Assembly: GCF_032444005.1 (NCBI RefSeq)
Contig: NC_091282.1
Coordinates: forward strand, 1,228,592,001-1,228,656,000
Length of the DNA: 64,000 nt
Source: Ranitomeya imitator
Lineage: Eukaryota
Direction of reading: 5' to 3'
Shown here in pieces: positions 11,069-23,885 of this stretch. A program made the position numbers and the translations under genes. Under the pieces are notes generated by a model. It did no database searches. It was not told where the DNA came from and worked only from the letters and a program-made list of their open reading frames with translations. Position 1 is the stretch's first letter. Each line of letters opens with the position of its first letter.

Positions 11069-13023
11069 TGTTCAATGGATGTGGCTAAAACAAATCTCAA
11101 TTCTTAGGACAGGTGTCCACTTTTAGTGAGTGAGCCATAAGAAAGATCTTCTAGAATAGGCATTTCCTGCTTTGTTAAGATGGACATCATGTAGCACATG
11201 ATTGAATTGGATGTAAGGAACTTATCTTTCCTTCAAGACTCAGATCACTGGAATCATAGTTTTGTGATAGCTAGGACTACTTTCATAGAGGTTGCCGGTT
11301 GTGAGAACCCCTTTAGCGCCAAGTGTGAGTTTCACGCTGAGCTCTCGCCTAGGCCAGTTTCTCGAAAAAAATCCATATTTAATAGTTGTGAGTAGTGTTC
11401 TTACATACAGTGAATCCAGTACACAATGCACTTTGTGTGAACAAACATAACCCAGCCTGTATTGCAGGAAGCAGACAGGTATTTGTCTCCATGTCTACGC
11501 TCTACAGAGACCTCGGGGACTCTTTAAGAAAAGCAGCTTTAGGTATTAACCTGGGTCAGTTCTTCGGGAGAATTTGCCTTCTGTCAAAAAATTCACTGTT
11601 TCTTGTCAAGTTCACTTCATGACTGCGAAATGATAGCGCTTTCCGAGACAACTGAAACTGTCACAAAGAGTTTTCTCCATCTTTGTAGGGCAACCACGGA
11701 GTTCATGGATTATGAGACAACTTTAGCTTTCTTTCTGATGCTCTATCTTACAAAATCAGGCTTTTTATCAGGTTTTTATGCTCTCCTGGGCTTCCTAAAA
11801 GAAGATCTACTGGATGTACTTTTGCGGTCATCATTATTTGGCAATATAAAGTATGCCATGTAAAATATCTCCAGAAATAAAGTAGTAAAACTACTTCAAT
11901 AAAATTATTTGTTCTATAGACTAAAGCACAAGATACAAAAAACTGGTAGTAAAAAAAGAATTCAAAATTAAAGCAATACAGGACATGATTAATGGCTTTA
12001 GAACTGTGTAGATGGTAATTTAGAGATGGTCAAATCTTTTCAAATTTAAATTAGACAGATTTTGAAAAATTATAGAAAAAAACAGTTTGGGACAAATCGA
12101 TTTGTTGGGAATCGCGGGTGTTCCAACTACCTTGAATAAGATGTGCATAACACTCTCAGGTTTTCTGGAACTATATCTAATCCCTTTTGATTTTTGTAAT
12201 GCAAACACAAACTCAACAATGTGAATGTGACCTCATCATAGCAACAATAGAAACAAATGGTAACCCTGTAGTAAACATCAGTCCATTTAATAGCACAGTG
12301 CACTGACTGACATTTTCATGTTTTTGACAATTACAAAAGGTCCAAAAATTATCCTACTTTTTTGTTCGAAGCAGACCATTCTTTTCAAAACACTAACTCA
12401 AACTGACAGTGTCGCTGTCAGTGGTAACATAATCTGGCCATGACTGAGATGATTGATGTTCCATATTTTCCATAATGCCCTCTGCTTCCTCCCCAGAAGA
12501 ACAGTGGAGGCGCTTCTGCTGCTGTTAGTGGTTCCCATATTCTTAGCTGTGTATAATTTTATCCTTTACACTACCCTGTCCATTGCCATTGTTAATTTTT
12601 CCTTTACAATACATTTTGTACAATATTGTAATCAACTTTTGCCAATCTTTAAAACCCTATTTATTCAACTCTTTCCAAAAAGGACATAAGAAATATTAGG
12701 TAGGAAGATAAGTATATATACAGAAAGCAAAATATGGCAGCAGGCTGCAGTTGTCAAATTGGACTAGTAAAATAGAGATTTAAAAACAGATATGTAGCGA
12801 TAAAGGTCTACATTTTTTTCTGCTTATTTTTCTAAATTTTTCAATAAAATTGACAAAATATCAAATGCTAGGTATTTACTTGACCTAAAAGCCAGTATCT
12901 ACATCAGTGCATTATATTGATAAGGCGTGTATGGATGTAAAATGTGAATAGTAAAACAGATTAGGAAAAATACATGGCTTGCTCCACTCACCAGTTATGT
13001 GTCTAGATTTTGGGAGTATTTAT

Positions 13024-14330
13024 TAGACATTGGTGAACCGAACAGTAAAGTTCGGCGTCCGTACCGAACACCTACTGTTTGTGCATGGACATCGAACATG
13101 GACTTCACCAGGAAGTCCGTGTTACTGTTCGGGTTTGACTGTCCGAACACCGGGTGTTTGTTACGCTGTTATGTGCATGGTGGCATGGTAAACACCGCTT
13201 CTGATCAGCGGTGAAATCATCCCCGCCAGTCAGAGAGCCCCGGTTCCTACGCAGTCAAAAGACAGCGCGAGCGCTCAGCTGTGATTGGAGGTATAAAGTT
13301 TACCTCCGGTCACTGCTGTCAGCTGATGAGGCAACTGCTCCCATCATCCGAAACCTGCTGCCGCCAATAACAATGAGAGCAGGAGGAGTGGATGGGAACA
13401 TTCATCAGCCGCGCCTGGGCTGTTAATAAATAATTTTTAAAAACCCGGTATGGGGTCCCCCTATCTTTGAAAATCAGCCAGGCAAAACTCACAGCTGGGG
13501 GCTGCGACCCTCAGCTGTCAGCTTCAGCAAGACTGGTTATCGAGAATAGAGGGGTTCTTATCACACAATATTTTTTAATTATTTAAATAAATAATAAAAA
13601 TAACGACATGGGGTCCCCCCATTTTTCACAACCAGCCTTGTTAAAGCAGACAGCAGGGGGTTGGTATTCTCATGCTGGTAAGGGGCCATTGATATTGCCC
13701 CCAGCCTTAAAACAGCAGCCCATAGCTGCCCAGAAAAGGCACATCTATTAGATTCACCAATTCTGGTGGTTTACCTGGCTCTTTGCACTTGCCCTGTAGC
13801 AGTGGCAACTGGGGTGATAGTTGGGGTGGTTGATGTCACTATTGTATTATCCGGTGTCATCAAGCCCCAAGGTTAGTAACGGAGAGGCATCTATAAGACG
13901 TCCCCATTACTAGCCCCATAGTCACAATGTATGAAAACACAGACAACCAGAAATAAGTCCTTTAATTGAAAAAAATGACACAGACTCCTTTAATAATCTC
14001 AATTAAACCATACTTACGACCTCATCTAATTCCATCGAAGCCCTCGATCTCCTGTAATAAACCAAAAATAATGAAACAACAATATACCATACCTGTCTGT
14101 TGTTCTGTCCCATGCTGTAATCCATGTCTGGGGAAAATCAGTTTTCAACCTGGACGATGCCAAGATGCGACTATCCAGGCTGAGAGCCACTGGGAAATGA
14201 GCAGTTGCGAGCACAGAGTCAGTGACTAGCGGTGACGTCACCGCAGCCGCGTTCCCAGCCGAGCAGAACTGCGGTGACCTCAGTGACATCCCCGCTAGCA
14301 CCGTGAAAGTTTTTTTTACTTATTTATCAC
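13024..14330. mobile_element. Decayed non-autonomous hAT-type element
   Basis: Degenerate left end TAGACATTGGTGAACCGAAC with GTTCGG/CCGAAC subterminal motifs like those in the other hAT copies. Internal palindrome GCGGTGACGTCACCGC near 14230. Right end not found. Confidence 0.45.
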
Positions 14331-14559
14331 TGCAAAATGCAAATAAATGTATATAATTTATAATTTTACAAACAATTTTACAATTTCTAATTTATACAAT
14401 GTTATTTTCTTTTTAGTTTTTTAGTTATTTAGATTTTAGTTTTGATATTATATCTCTCAATGTTAGAATTAACCTACCGTTAAAATTATAGACTGTTCAT
14501 GTCTATGTCAGTGGGCAAACGTACAAAATCAGCAAGGGATCTAATACTTATTTCCCCCA

Positions 14560-14750
14560 CTGTATATAGATAATTGATAGATAATAGATAATATATAGAT
14601 AGATATAATAATAGATGGACAGATAATAGATAGATAATAGATATTAGATATATAGATGATAGATAATATATAGATAGATATATTAATAGACAGATAATAG
14701 TTTGATAATAGATAGATAATAGATAGATGATAGATCAATAATAGATGGAT
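14560..14750. repeat. Degenerate (TAGA/TAGATAA)n simple repeat
   Basis: GATA-like repeats; a similar tract resumes at 15182-15240 after the gap. Confidence 0.85.
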
Positions 14751-14826
14751 ACAAAAAGGGTTAAAAGCAGCACAAAAAACAAAATTTTTAAAGGTGCTAA
14801 ATTTTAATAGCCCATTGCGGCGAGAA

Positions 14827-15181
14827 NNNNNNNNNNNNNNNNNNNNNNNNNNNNNNNNNNNNNNNNNNNNNNNNNNNNNNNNNNNNNNNNNNNNNNNNNN
14901 NNNNNNNNNNNNNNNNNNNNNNNNNNNNNNNNNNNNNNNNNNNNNNNNNNNNNNNNNNNNNNNNNNNNNNNNNNNNNNNNNNNNNNNNNNNNNNNNNNNN
15001 NNNNNNNNNNNNNNNNNNNNNNNNNNNNNNNNNNNNNNNNNNNNNNNNNNNNNNNNNNNNNNNNNNNNNNNNNNNNNNNNNNNNNNNNNNNNNNNNNNNN
15101 NNNNNNNNNNNNNNNNNNNNNNNNNNNNNNNNNNNNNNNNNNNNNNNNNNNNNNNNNNNNNNNNNNNNNNNNNNNNNNNNN
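14827..15181. other. Assembly gap (355 N)
   Basis: Run of N bases. Confidence 0.99.
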
Positions 15182-18100
15182 TTGATAAATATATAATAGA
15201 TAGATAATAGATTGATAGATAATAGATAGATAATAATTAGTCACTATCTCTTCATTTACATCAGTATTTGCATTGTAGCCACCGACTTTCGGTAGATAGG
15301 GAAGTTGTGAATTTCTATTGTAATATCACATTATGGTAATAACCATGCAAAAAAGCTTCACAAACACACAAATCCTATTCTTTGAAATAAAGACCACCAG
15401 TAGTTACAGAAGCAATGAAAGAATTTACGGCCAGGGGGCTTTTTATTTGGAGATACTTAAAAAATTAACTTTGAAGATGAATTTACAGGCGGCAGCTACT
15501 GAGTGGAAAAATACGTATTAGCCACAAGGAAACAATGTTTGCCAAATCTAATGGTTGAGTCCTGAGTCATAAATAACAGGTCCCCGGTGACGCGGTATAT
15601 GAGCTGCTGAATATTGCCAAATATTTATTAGAGAATATAACTAAATCATTAGCCGGGGGCTCTCCTACAGGAAGGCAAGAAACCACATCACATTAAAAAG
15701 GGTCAAAAGCAACTTCCTCGCTAAGGAAAAAGGAAAAAATATTATACTATTCTAATATGTTATTTTAACTTAAAGGAAAACTCCGGTCACAAATAAAACT
15801 TCCTCTGTCACGCGGTTTGTATGGGCTGCTTCCTTCAGTTTATACATCCTCCAGTCCTCACCTTCCCTTGTTTAGTCTTCTTCTTGCAGTCCTCCTTTTC
15901 ATTTATTACTTCTCTTTCATCATTTCTGTTCTTCTTTTTCCTTCACTCTGTCTCCTCTTTATTCTTCCTCTTTCTGCAGACTCATCAGCTCATACTTCCC
16001 TTCTTACAAACATCCTTTTCCTCTTCATCTCTCTTCCTGCACCTTTTCTCTTCCACTCATTTATTCATGTAGTTCTTTTCTTCCTCTCTTCTCTTCCTGC
16101 AGTCCTCCTTCTCTTTCGCCATATACTTTTCTTCCTGCAGCCCTCCTGTTCTTCCACATCTTTTCCTCATGTCGTCCTCTTCCTCCTGACACTTTTCTTA
16201 TCATTCTTATTCTTCTCCTTCTGCAATTCTCCTCTTCCTCCTTATAATTACCTTCCTGAATTCTTCATCTCTTAATTCTCTTGCTGAAGTTCTTCTGTAC
16301 TGGTTTTTCCTTCAGTCTTTCCCCCATCATACTTTCTTCTTTACAGTCCTCCTTCACACTCTTCTCTTCACGCATCCCTCTTCTTCCTCTGATTTCTCTT
16401 CCTGCAGTCCTCTTCTTCCTCTGATTTCTCTTCCCACAGTCATTTTCTTCCTCTTGTTTCTCTTCCTGCAGTCCTCTTATTCCTCTTGTTTCTCTTCCTG
16501 CAGTCCCCTTCTTCCTCTGATTTCTATTCCTGCAGTCGTCTGCTTCTTATTTCTTTTTTTGCAGTCCTCTTCTTCCTCTGATTTCTCTTCCTGCAGTCCT
16601 CTTCTTCCTCTTGTTTCACTTCCTGCAGTCCTCTTCTTCCTCTGATTTCTCTTCCCGCAGTCCTCTTCTTCCTCTTATTTCTCTCCCTGCAGTCCTCTTC
16701 TTCCTCTGATTTCTCTTCCTGCAGTCCTATTCTTCCTCTTGTTTCTCTTCCTGTAGTCCTCTTCTTCCTCTGATTTCTCTTCATGCAGTCCCCCTCTTCC
16801 TCTGATTTCTCTTCCTGCAGTCCCCCTCTTCCTCTGATTTCTCTTCATGCAGTCTTCTTCTTCCTCTGATTTCTCTTCCTGCAGTCCTCCTCTTCCTCTG
16901 ATTTCACTTCCTGCAGTCCTCTTCTTCCTCTTATTTCTCTCCCTGCAGTCCTCTTCTTTCTCTTATTTCTCTTCCTGCAGTCCTCTTCTTCCTCTTGTTT
17001 CTCTTCCTGCAGTTCTTTTCTTCCTCTGATTTCTCTTCCTGCAGTCCTACTCTTCCTCTCATTTCTTTTCCTGCAGTCCTCTTCTTCCTCTGATTTCTCT
17101 TCCTGCAGCCCTCCCCTTCCTCTGATTTCTTTTCCTGCAGTCCTCTTCTTCCTCTGATTTGTCTCCCTGAAGTCCTCTTCTTCCTCTTATTTCTCTCCCT
17201 GCAGTCCTCTTCTTCCTCTTGTTTCTCTTCCTGCAGTTCTCCTCTTCCTCTGATTTCTTTTCCTGCAGTCCTCTTCTTCCTCTTATTTCTCTCCCTGCAG
17301 CCCTTTTCTTCCTCTGATTTCTCTTCCTGCAGTCCTCTTTTTCCTTTTGTTTCTCTTCCTGCAGTCCTCCTCTTCCCCTGATTTCTTTTCCTGCAGTCCT
17401 CCTCTTCCTCTGATTTCTCTTCCTGCAGTCCTCTTTTTCCTTTTGTTTCTCTTCCTGCAGTCCTCCTCTTCCTCTGATTTCTTTTCCTGTAGTCCTCCTC
17501 TTCCTCTGATTTCTCTTCCTGCAGTCCCCCTCTTCCTCTGATTTCTCTTCCTGCAGTCCCCCTCTTCCTCTGATTTCTTTTCATGCAGCCCTCTTCTTCC
17601 TCTTGTTTCTCTTCCTGCAGTCCTCTTCTTCCTCTGATTTCTTTTCCTGCAGTCTTCTTCTTCCTCTGATTTCTCTTCCTGCAGTCCTCCTCTTCCTCTG
17701 ATTTCACTTCCTGCAGTTCTCTTCTTCCTCTTATCTCTCTCCCTGCAGTCCTCTTCTTCCTCTTATTTCTCTTCCTGCAGTCCTCTTCTTCCTCTTGTTT
17801 CTCTTCCTGCAGTATTTTTCTTCCTCTGATTTCTCTTCCTGCAGTCCTCCTCTTCCTCTAATTTCTTTTCCTGCAGTCCTCTTCTTCCTCTGATTTCTCT
17901 TCCTGCAGCCCTTCTCTTCCTCTGATTTCTTTTCCTGCAGTCCTCTTCTTCCTCTGATTTGTCTCCCTGAAGTCCTCTTCTTCCTCTTCTTTCTCTCCCT
18001 GCAGTCCTCTTCTTCCTCTTGTTTCTCTTCCTGCAGTTCTCTTCCTCTGATTTCTTTTCCTGCAGTCCTCTTCTTCCTCTTATTTCTCTCCCTGCAGCCC

Positions 18101-21100
18101 TCTTCTTCCTCTAATTTCTCTTCCTGCAGTCCTCTTTTTCCTTTTGTTTCTCTTCCTGCAGTCCTCCTCTTCCTCTGATTTCTTTTCCTGCAGTCCTCCT
18201 CTTCCTCTGATTTCTTTTCCTGCAGTCCTCTTCTTCCTCTGATATCTCTTCCTGCAGTCCTCTTCTTCCTCTTGTTTCTCTTCCTGCAGTCCTCTTCTTC
18301 CTCTGATTTCTCTTCCTGCAGTCCCCCTCTTCCTCTGATTTCTGTTACTGCAGTCCTCCTCTTCCTCTGATTTATTTTCCTGCAGTCCTCCTCTTCCTCT
18401 GATTTATTTTCCTGCAGTCCTCTTTTTCTCTTATTTCTTTTCCTGCAGTCCTCTTCTTCATCTGATTTCTCTTCCTGCAGTCCTCTTCTTCCCCTGATTT
18501 CTCTTCCTGCAGTCCCCCTCTTCCTCTGATTTCTCTTCCTGCAGTCCCCCTCTTCCTCTGATTTCTTTTCATGCAGCCCTCTTCTTCCTCTTGTTTCTCT
18601 TCCTGCAGTCTTCTTCTTCCTCTGATTTCTCTTCCTGCAGTCCTCCTCTTCCTCTGATTTCACTTCCTGCAGTCCTCTTCTTCCTCTTATTTCTCTCCCT
18701 GCAGTCCTCTTCTTCCTCTTATTTCTCTTCCTGCAGTCCTCTTCTTCCTCTTATTTCTCTTCCTGCAGTCTTCTTCTTTCTCTTGTTTCTCTTCCTGCAG
18801 TCCTTTTCTTCCTCTGATTTCTCTTCCTGCAGTCCTCCTCTTCCTCTCATTTCTTTTCCTGCAGTCCTCTTCTTCCTCTGATTTCTCTTCCTGCAGCCCT
18901 CCTCTTCCTCTGATTTCTTTTCCTGCAGTCCTCTTCTTCCTCTGATTTGTCTCCCTGAAGTCCTCTTCTTCCTCTTATTTCTCTCCCTGCAGTCCTCTTA
19001 TTCCTCTTGTTTCTCTTCCTGCAGTTCTCCTCTTCCTCTGATTTCTTTTCCTGCAGTCCTCCTCTTCCTCTGATTTCTTTTCCTGCAGTCCTCTTCTTTC
19101 TCTTATTTCTTTTCCTGCAGTCCTCTTCTTCCTCTTGTTTCTCTTCCTGCAGTCCTCTTATTCCTCTGATTTCTCTTCCTGCAGTCCCCCTCTTCCTCTG
19201 ATTTCTTTTCATGCAGTCATCTTCTTCCTCTTATTTCTCTCCCTGCAGTCCTCTTTTTCCTCTTGTTTCTCTTCCTGCAGTCCTCTTCTTCCTCTGATTT
19301 CTCTTCCTGCAGTCCTCTTCTTCCTCTGATTTCTCTTCCTGCAGTCCTCCTCTTCCTCTGATTTCTCTTCCTGCAGTCCTCTTTTTCCTCTTATTTCTCT
19401 CCCTGCAGTCCTCTTCTTCCTCTTGTTTCTCTTCCTGCAGTCCTCTTTTTCCTCTGATTTCTCTTCCTGCAGTCCTCTTTTTCCTCTGATTTCTCTTCCT
19501 GCAGTCCCCCTCTTCCTCTGATTTCTTTTCATGCAGTCCTCTTCTTCCTCTTATTTCTCTTCCTGCAGTCCTCTTCTTCCTCTTGTTTCTCTTCCTGCAG
19601 TCCTCTTCTTCCTCTGATTTCTCTTCCTGCAGTCCCCCTCTTCCTCTGTTTTCTCTTCCTGCAGTCCTCTTCTTCCTCTGATTTCTCTTCCTGCAGTCCT
19701 CCTCTTCCTCTGATTTCTTTTCCTGCAGTCCTCTTCTTCCTCTGATTTCTCTTCCTGCAGTCCTCTTCTTCATCTGATTTCTCTTCCTGCAGTCCTCTTC
19801 TTTCTCTTATTTCTTTTCCTGCAGTCCTCTTCTTCCTCTGATTTCTCTTCCTGCAGTCATCTTCTTCCTCTTGTTTCTCTTCCTGCAGTCCTCTTCTTCC
19901 TCTGATTTCTCTTCCTGCAGTCCCCCTCTTCCTCTTGTTTCTCTTCCTGCAGTCCTCTTCTTCCTCTGATTTCTCTTCCTGCCGTCCCCCTCTTCCTCTG
20001 ATTTCTTTCCCTGCAGTCCTCTTCTTCCTCTGATTTCTCTTCCTTCAGTCCTCTTTTTCCCTCTTATTTCTCTCCCGGCAGTCCTCTTCTTCCTCTGATT
20101 TCTTTTCCTGCAGTCCTCTTCTTCCTCTTGTTTCTCTTCCTGCAGTCCTCTTCTTCCTCTGATTTCTCTTCCTGCAGTCCCCCTCTTCCTCTGTTTTCTC
20201 TTCCTGCAGTCCTCTTCTTCCTCTGATTTCTCTTCCTGCCGTCCCCCTCTTCCTCTGATTTCTTTCCCTGCAGTCCTCTTCTTCCTCTGTTTTCTCTTCC
20301 TGCAGTCCTCTTCATCCTCTGATTTCTCTTCCTGCCGTCCTCTTCTTCCTCTGATTTCTTTTCCTGCAGTCCTCTTCTTCCTCTTGTTTCTCTTCCTGCA
20401 GTCCTCTTCTTCCTCTTGTTTCTCTCCCTGCAGTCCTCTTCTTCCTCTTGTTTCTCTTCCTGCAGCCCTCTTCTTCCTCTTATTTCTCTTCCTGCAGTCC
20501 TCTTTTTCCTATAATTTCTCTCCCTGCAGTCCTCTTCTTCCTCTTGTTTCTCTTCCTGCAGTCTTCTTCTTCCTCTTGTTTCTCTTCCTGCAGTCCTCTT
20601 CTTCATCTGATATCTCTTCCTGCAGTCCTCTTCTTCCTCTGATTTCTCTTCCCGCTGTCCTCTTCTTCCTCTGATTTCTCTCCCTGCAGTCCTCTTCTTC
20701 CTCTGATTTCTTTTCCTCCTGTCCTCTTCTTCCTCTGATTTCTCTTCCTGCAGTCCTCTTCTTCCTCTGATTTCATTTCCTGCAGTCCTCCTCTTCCTCT
20801 GATTTTGTTTCCTGCAGTCCTCTTCTTCCTCTGATTTCGTTTCCTGCAGTCCTCTTCTTCCTCTGATTTCTCTTCCTGCAGTCCTCTTCTTCCTCTGATT
20901 TCTCTTCCTGCAGTCCTCTTCTTCCTCTGATTTCGTTTCCTGCAGTCCTCCTCTTCCTCTGATTTTTTCCTGCAGTCCTCTTCTTCCTCTGATTTCGTTT
21001 CCTGCAGTCCTCTTCTTCCTCTGATTTCTCTTCCTGCAGTCCTCTTCTTCCTCTGATTTCTCTTCCTGCAGTCCTCCTCTTCCTCTGATTTCTTTTCCTG

Positions 21101-21233
21101 CAGTCTTCAACTAGCTTAATTGTTCACAATAATAGTAATTTTGATCAAGGATGACAAAACTTTTACATGCCACTCCCTCTATCTGTCCATTTTTCAACAT
21201 CTTTCTTTTATCACTTTGATATTTCACATTTAG

Positions 21234-21311
21234 TACTAATGCCACCACAACCTCCTAGAAGTCCAATGTTACAGAAGACACGGATTTCATAAATATGAGA
21301 AGTATCACTAG
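21234..21311 (+). pseudogene. Candidate repeated exon, copy 1 (in-frame TAG)
   Basis: Same splice context as copies 3-8, but TAC>TAG gives TNATTTS*. Confidence 0.35.
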
Positions 21312-23807
21312 GTACTGTAAGTGTCTTCTCCCATTTCTGGCGCCGCTGTCAAAGTTAAACCGTTGTAGAAACATTTTGTTAAACAATGAGGTATCAGAAG
21401 TCAAAGCCTAGCCAAGCAGATGTGGAGAGGATGGATTCAATTTCAGGTTAGAAGGACACTCAAGCATCAGTCCTCCTCTTCCTCTGATTTCTCTTCCCAA
21501 AGTCCTCTTCTTCCTCTTGTGTCTCTTCCTGCAGTCCTCCTCTTCCTCTGATTTCTCTTCCCAAAGTCCTCTTCTTCCTCTTGTTTCTCTTCCTGCAGTC
21601 CTCTTCTTCCTCTGATTTCTCTTCCTTCAGTCCTCTTTTTCCCTCTTATTTCTCTCCCGGCAGTCCTCTTCTTCCTCTGATTTCTTTTCCTGCAGTCCTC
21701 TTCTTCCTCTTGTTTCTCTTCCTGCAGTCCTCGTCTTCCTCTGATTTCTCTTCCTGCAGTCCCCCTCTTCCTCTGTTTTCTCTTCCTGCAGTCCTCTTCT
21801 TCCACTGATTTCTCTTCCTGCCGTCCCCCTCTTCCTCTGATTTCTTTCCCTGCAGTCCTCTTCTTCCTTTGTTTTCTATTCCTGCAGTCCTCTTCTTCCT
21901 CTGATTTCTCTTCCTGCCGTCCTCTTCTTCCTCTGATTTTTTTTCCTGCAATCCTCTTCTTCCTCTTGTTTCTCTTCCTGCAGTCCTCTTCTTCCTCTTG
22001 TTTCTCTCCCTGCAGTCCTCTTCTTCCTCTTGTTTCTCTTCCTGCAGCCCTCTTCTTCCTCTGATTTCTCTTCCCAAAGTCCTCTTCTTCCTCTTATTTC
22101 TCTCCCTGCAGTCCTCTTCTTCCTCTTGTTTCTCTTCCTGCAGTCTTCTTCTTCCTCTAGTTTCTCTTCCTGCAGTCCCCTTCTTCATCTGATATCTCTT
22201 CCTGCAGTCCTCTTCTTCCTCTGTTTTCTCTTCCCGCAGTCCTCTTCTTCCTCTTATTTCTCTCCCTGCAGTCCTCTTCTTCCTCTGATTTCTTTTCCTC
22301 CTGTCCTCTTCTTCCTCTGATTTCTCTTCCTGCAGTCCTCTTCTTCCTCTGATTTCTCTTCCTGCAGTCCTCTTCTTCCTCTGATTTCGTTTCCTGCAGT
22401 CCTCCTCTTCCTCTGATTTTGTTTCCTGCAGTCCTCTTCTGCCTCTGATTTCGTTTCCTGCAGTCCTCTTCTTCCTCTTATTTCTCTCCCTGCAGTCCTC
22501 TTCTTCCTCTGACTTCTTTTCCTCCTGTCCTCTTCTTCCTCTGATTTCTCTTCCTGCAGCCCTCCTCTTCCTCTGATTTCTTTTCCTGCAGTCCTCTTCT
22601 TCCTCTGATTTGTCTCCCTGAAGTCCTCTTCTTCCTCTTATTTCTCTCCCTGCAGTCCTCTTCTTCCTCTTGTTTCTCTTCCTGCAGTTCTCCTCTTCCT
22701 CTAATTTCTTTTCCTGCAGTCCTCTTCTTCCTCTTATTTCTCTCCCTGCAGCCCTCTTCTTCCTCTGATTTCTCTTCCTGCAGTCCTCTTTTTCCTTTTG
22801 TTTCTCTTCCTGCAGTCCTTCTCTTCCTCTGATTTTTTTTCCTGCAGTCCTCCTCTTCCTCTGATTTCTATTCCTGCAGTCCTCTTCTTCCTCTGATTTC
22901 TCTTCCTGCAGTCCTGTTCTTCCTCTTGTTTCTCTTCCTGCAGTCCTCTTCTTCCTCTGATTTCTCTTCCTGCATTCCCCCTCTTCCTCTGATTTCTGTT
23001 ACTGCAGTCCTCCTCTTCCTCTGATTTATTTTCCTGCAGTCCTCCTCTTCCTCTGATTTATTTTCCTGCAGTCCTCTTCTTTCTCTTATTTCTTTTCCTG
23101 CAGTCCTCTTCTTCATCTGATTTCTCTTCCTGCAGTCCTATTTTTCCTCTTGTTTCTCTTCCTGCAGTCCTCTTCTTCCTCTGATTTCTCTTCCTGCAGT
23201 CCCCCTCTTCCTCTGATTTCTCTTCCTGCAGTCCCCGTCTTCCTCTGATTTCTTTTCATGCAGCCCTCTTCTTCCTCGTGTTTCTCTTCCTGCAGTCCTC
23301 TTCTTCCTCTGATTTCTTTTCCTGCAGTCTTCTTCTTCCTCTGATTTCTCTTCCTGTAGCCCTCCTCTTCCTCTGATTTCACTTCCTGCAGTCCTCTTCT
23401 TCCTCTTATTTCTCTCCCTGCAGTCCTCTTCTTCCTCTTATTTCTCTTCCTGCAGTCCTTTTCTTCCTCTTGTTTCTCTTCCTGCAGTCCTCTTCTTCCT
23501 CTGATTTCTCTTCCTGCAGTCCTCCTCTTCCTCTGATTTTTTCCTGCAGTCCTCTTCTTCCTCTGATTTTGTTTCCTGCAGTCCTCTTCTTCCTCTGATT
23601 TCTCTTCCTGCAGTCCTCTTCTTCCTCTGATTTCTCTTCCTGCAGTCCTCCTCTTCCTCTGATTTCTTTTCCTGCAGTCTTCAACTAGCTTAATTGTTCA
23701 CAATAATAGTAATTTTGATCAAGGATGACAAAACTTTTACATGCCACTCCCTCTATCTGTCCATTTTTCAACATCTTTCTTTTATCACTTTGATATTTCA
23801 CATTTAG

Positions 23808-23885
23808 TACTAATGCCACCACAACCTCCTAGAAGTCCAATGTTACAGAAGACACGGATTTCATAAATATGAGAAGTATCACTAG
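23808..23885 (+). pseudogene. Candidate repeated exon, copy 2 (in-frame TAG)
   Basis: Same TAC>TAG change as copy 1. Confidence 0.35.

Noticed and set aside
14794-15244. ORFs of 137 and 146 aa
   Set aside because: They are almost entirely the N gap.
15390-15420. Peptide TTSSYRSN resembling TTTSYKSN of the repeated exon
   Set aside because: The codons differ at the DNA level (AGT versus TCC serines) and there is no splice context; treated as chance.
15750-15790. ATTTTAACTTAA(A)GGAAA similarity to ~42585, and a possible T2-MITE end enclosing the satellite
   Set aside because: The match is short and AT-rich, both copies are in direct orientation, and no inverted partner end was found.
21104-21468. 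Minus-strand exon in the spacer (TTTGACAG|CGG..., 44 open codons)
   Set aside because: The pyrimidine tract is weaker and there is no matching donor. The plus-strand model has both splice sites.
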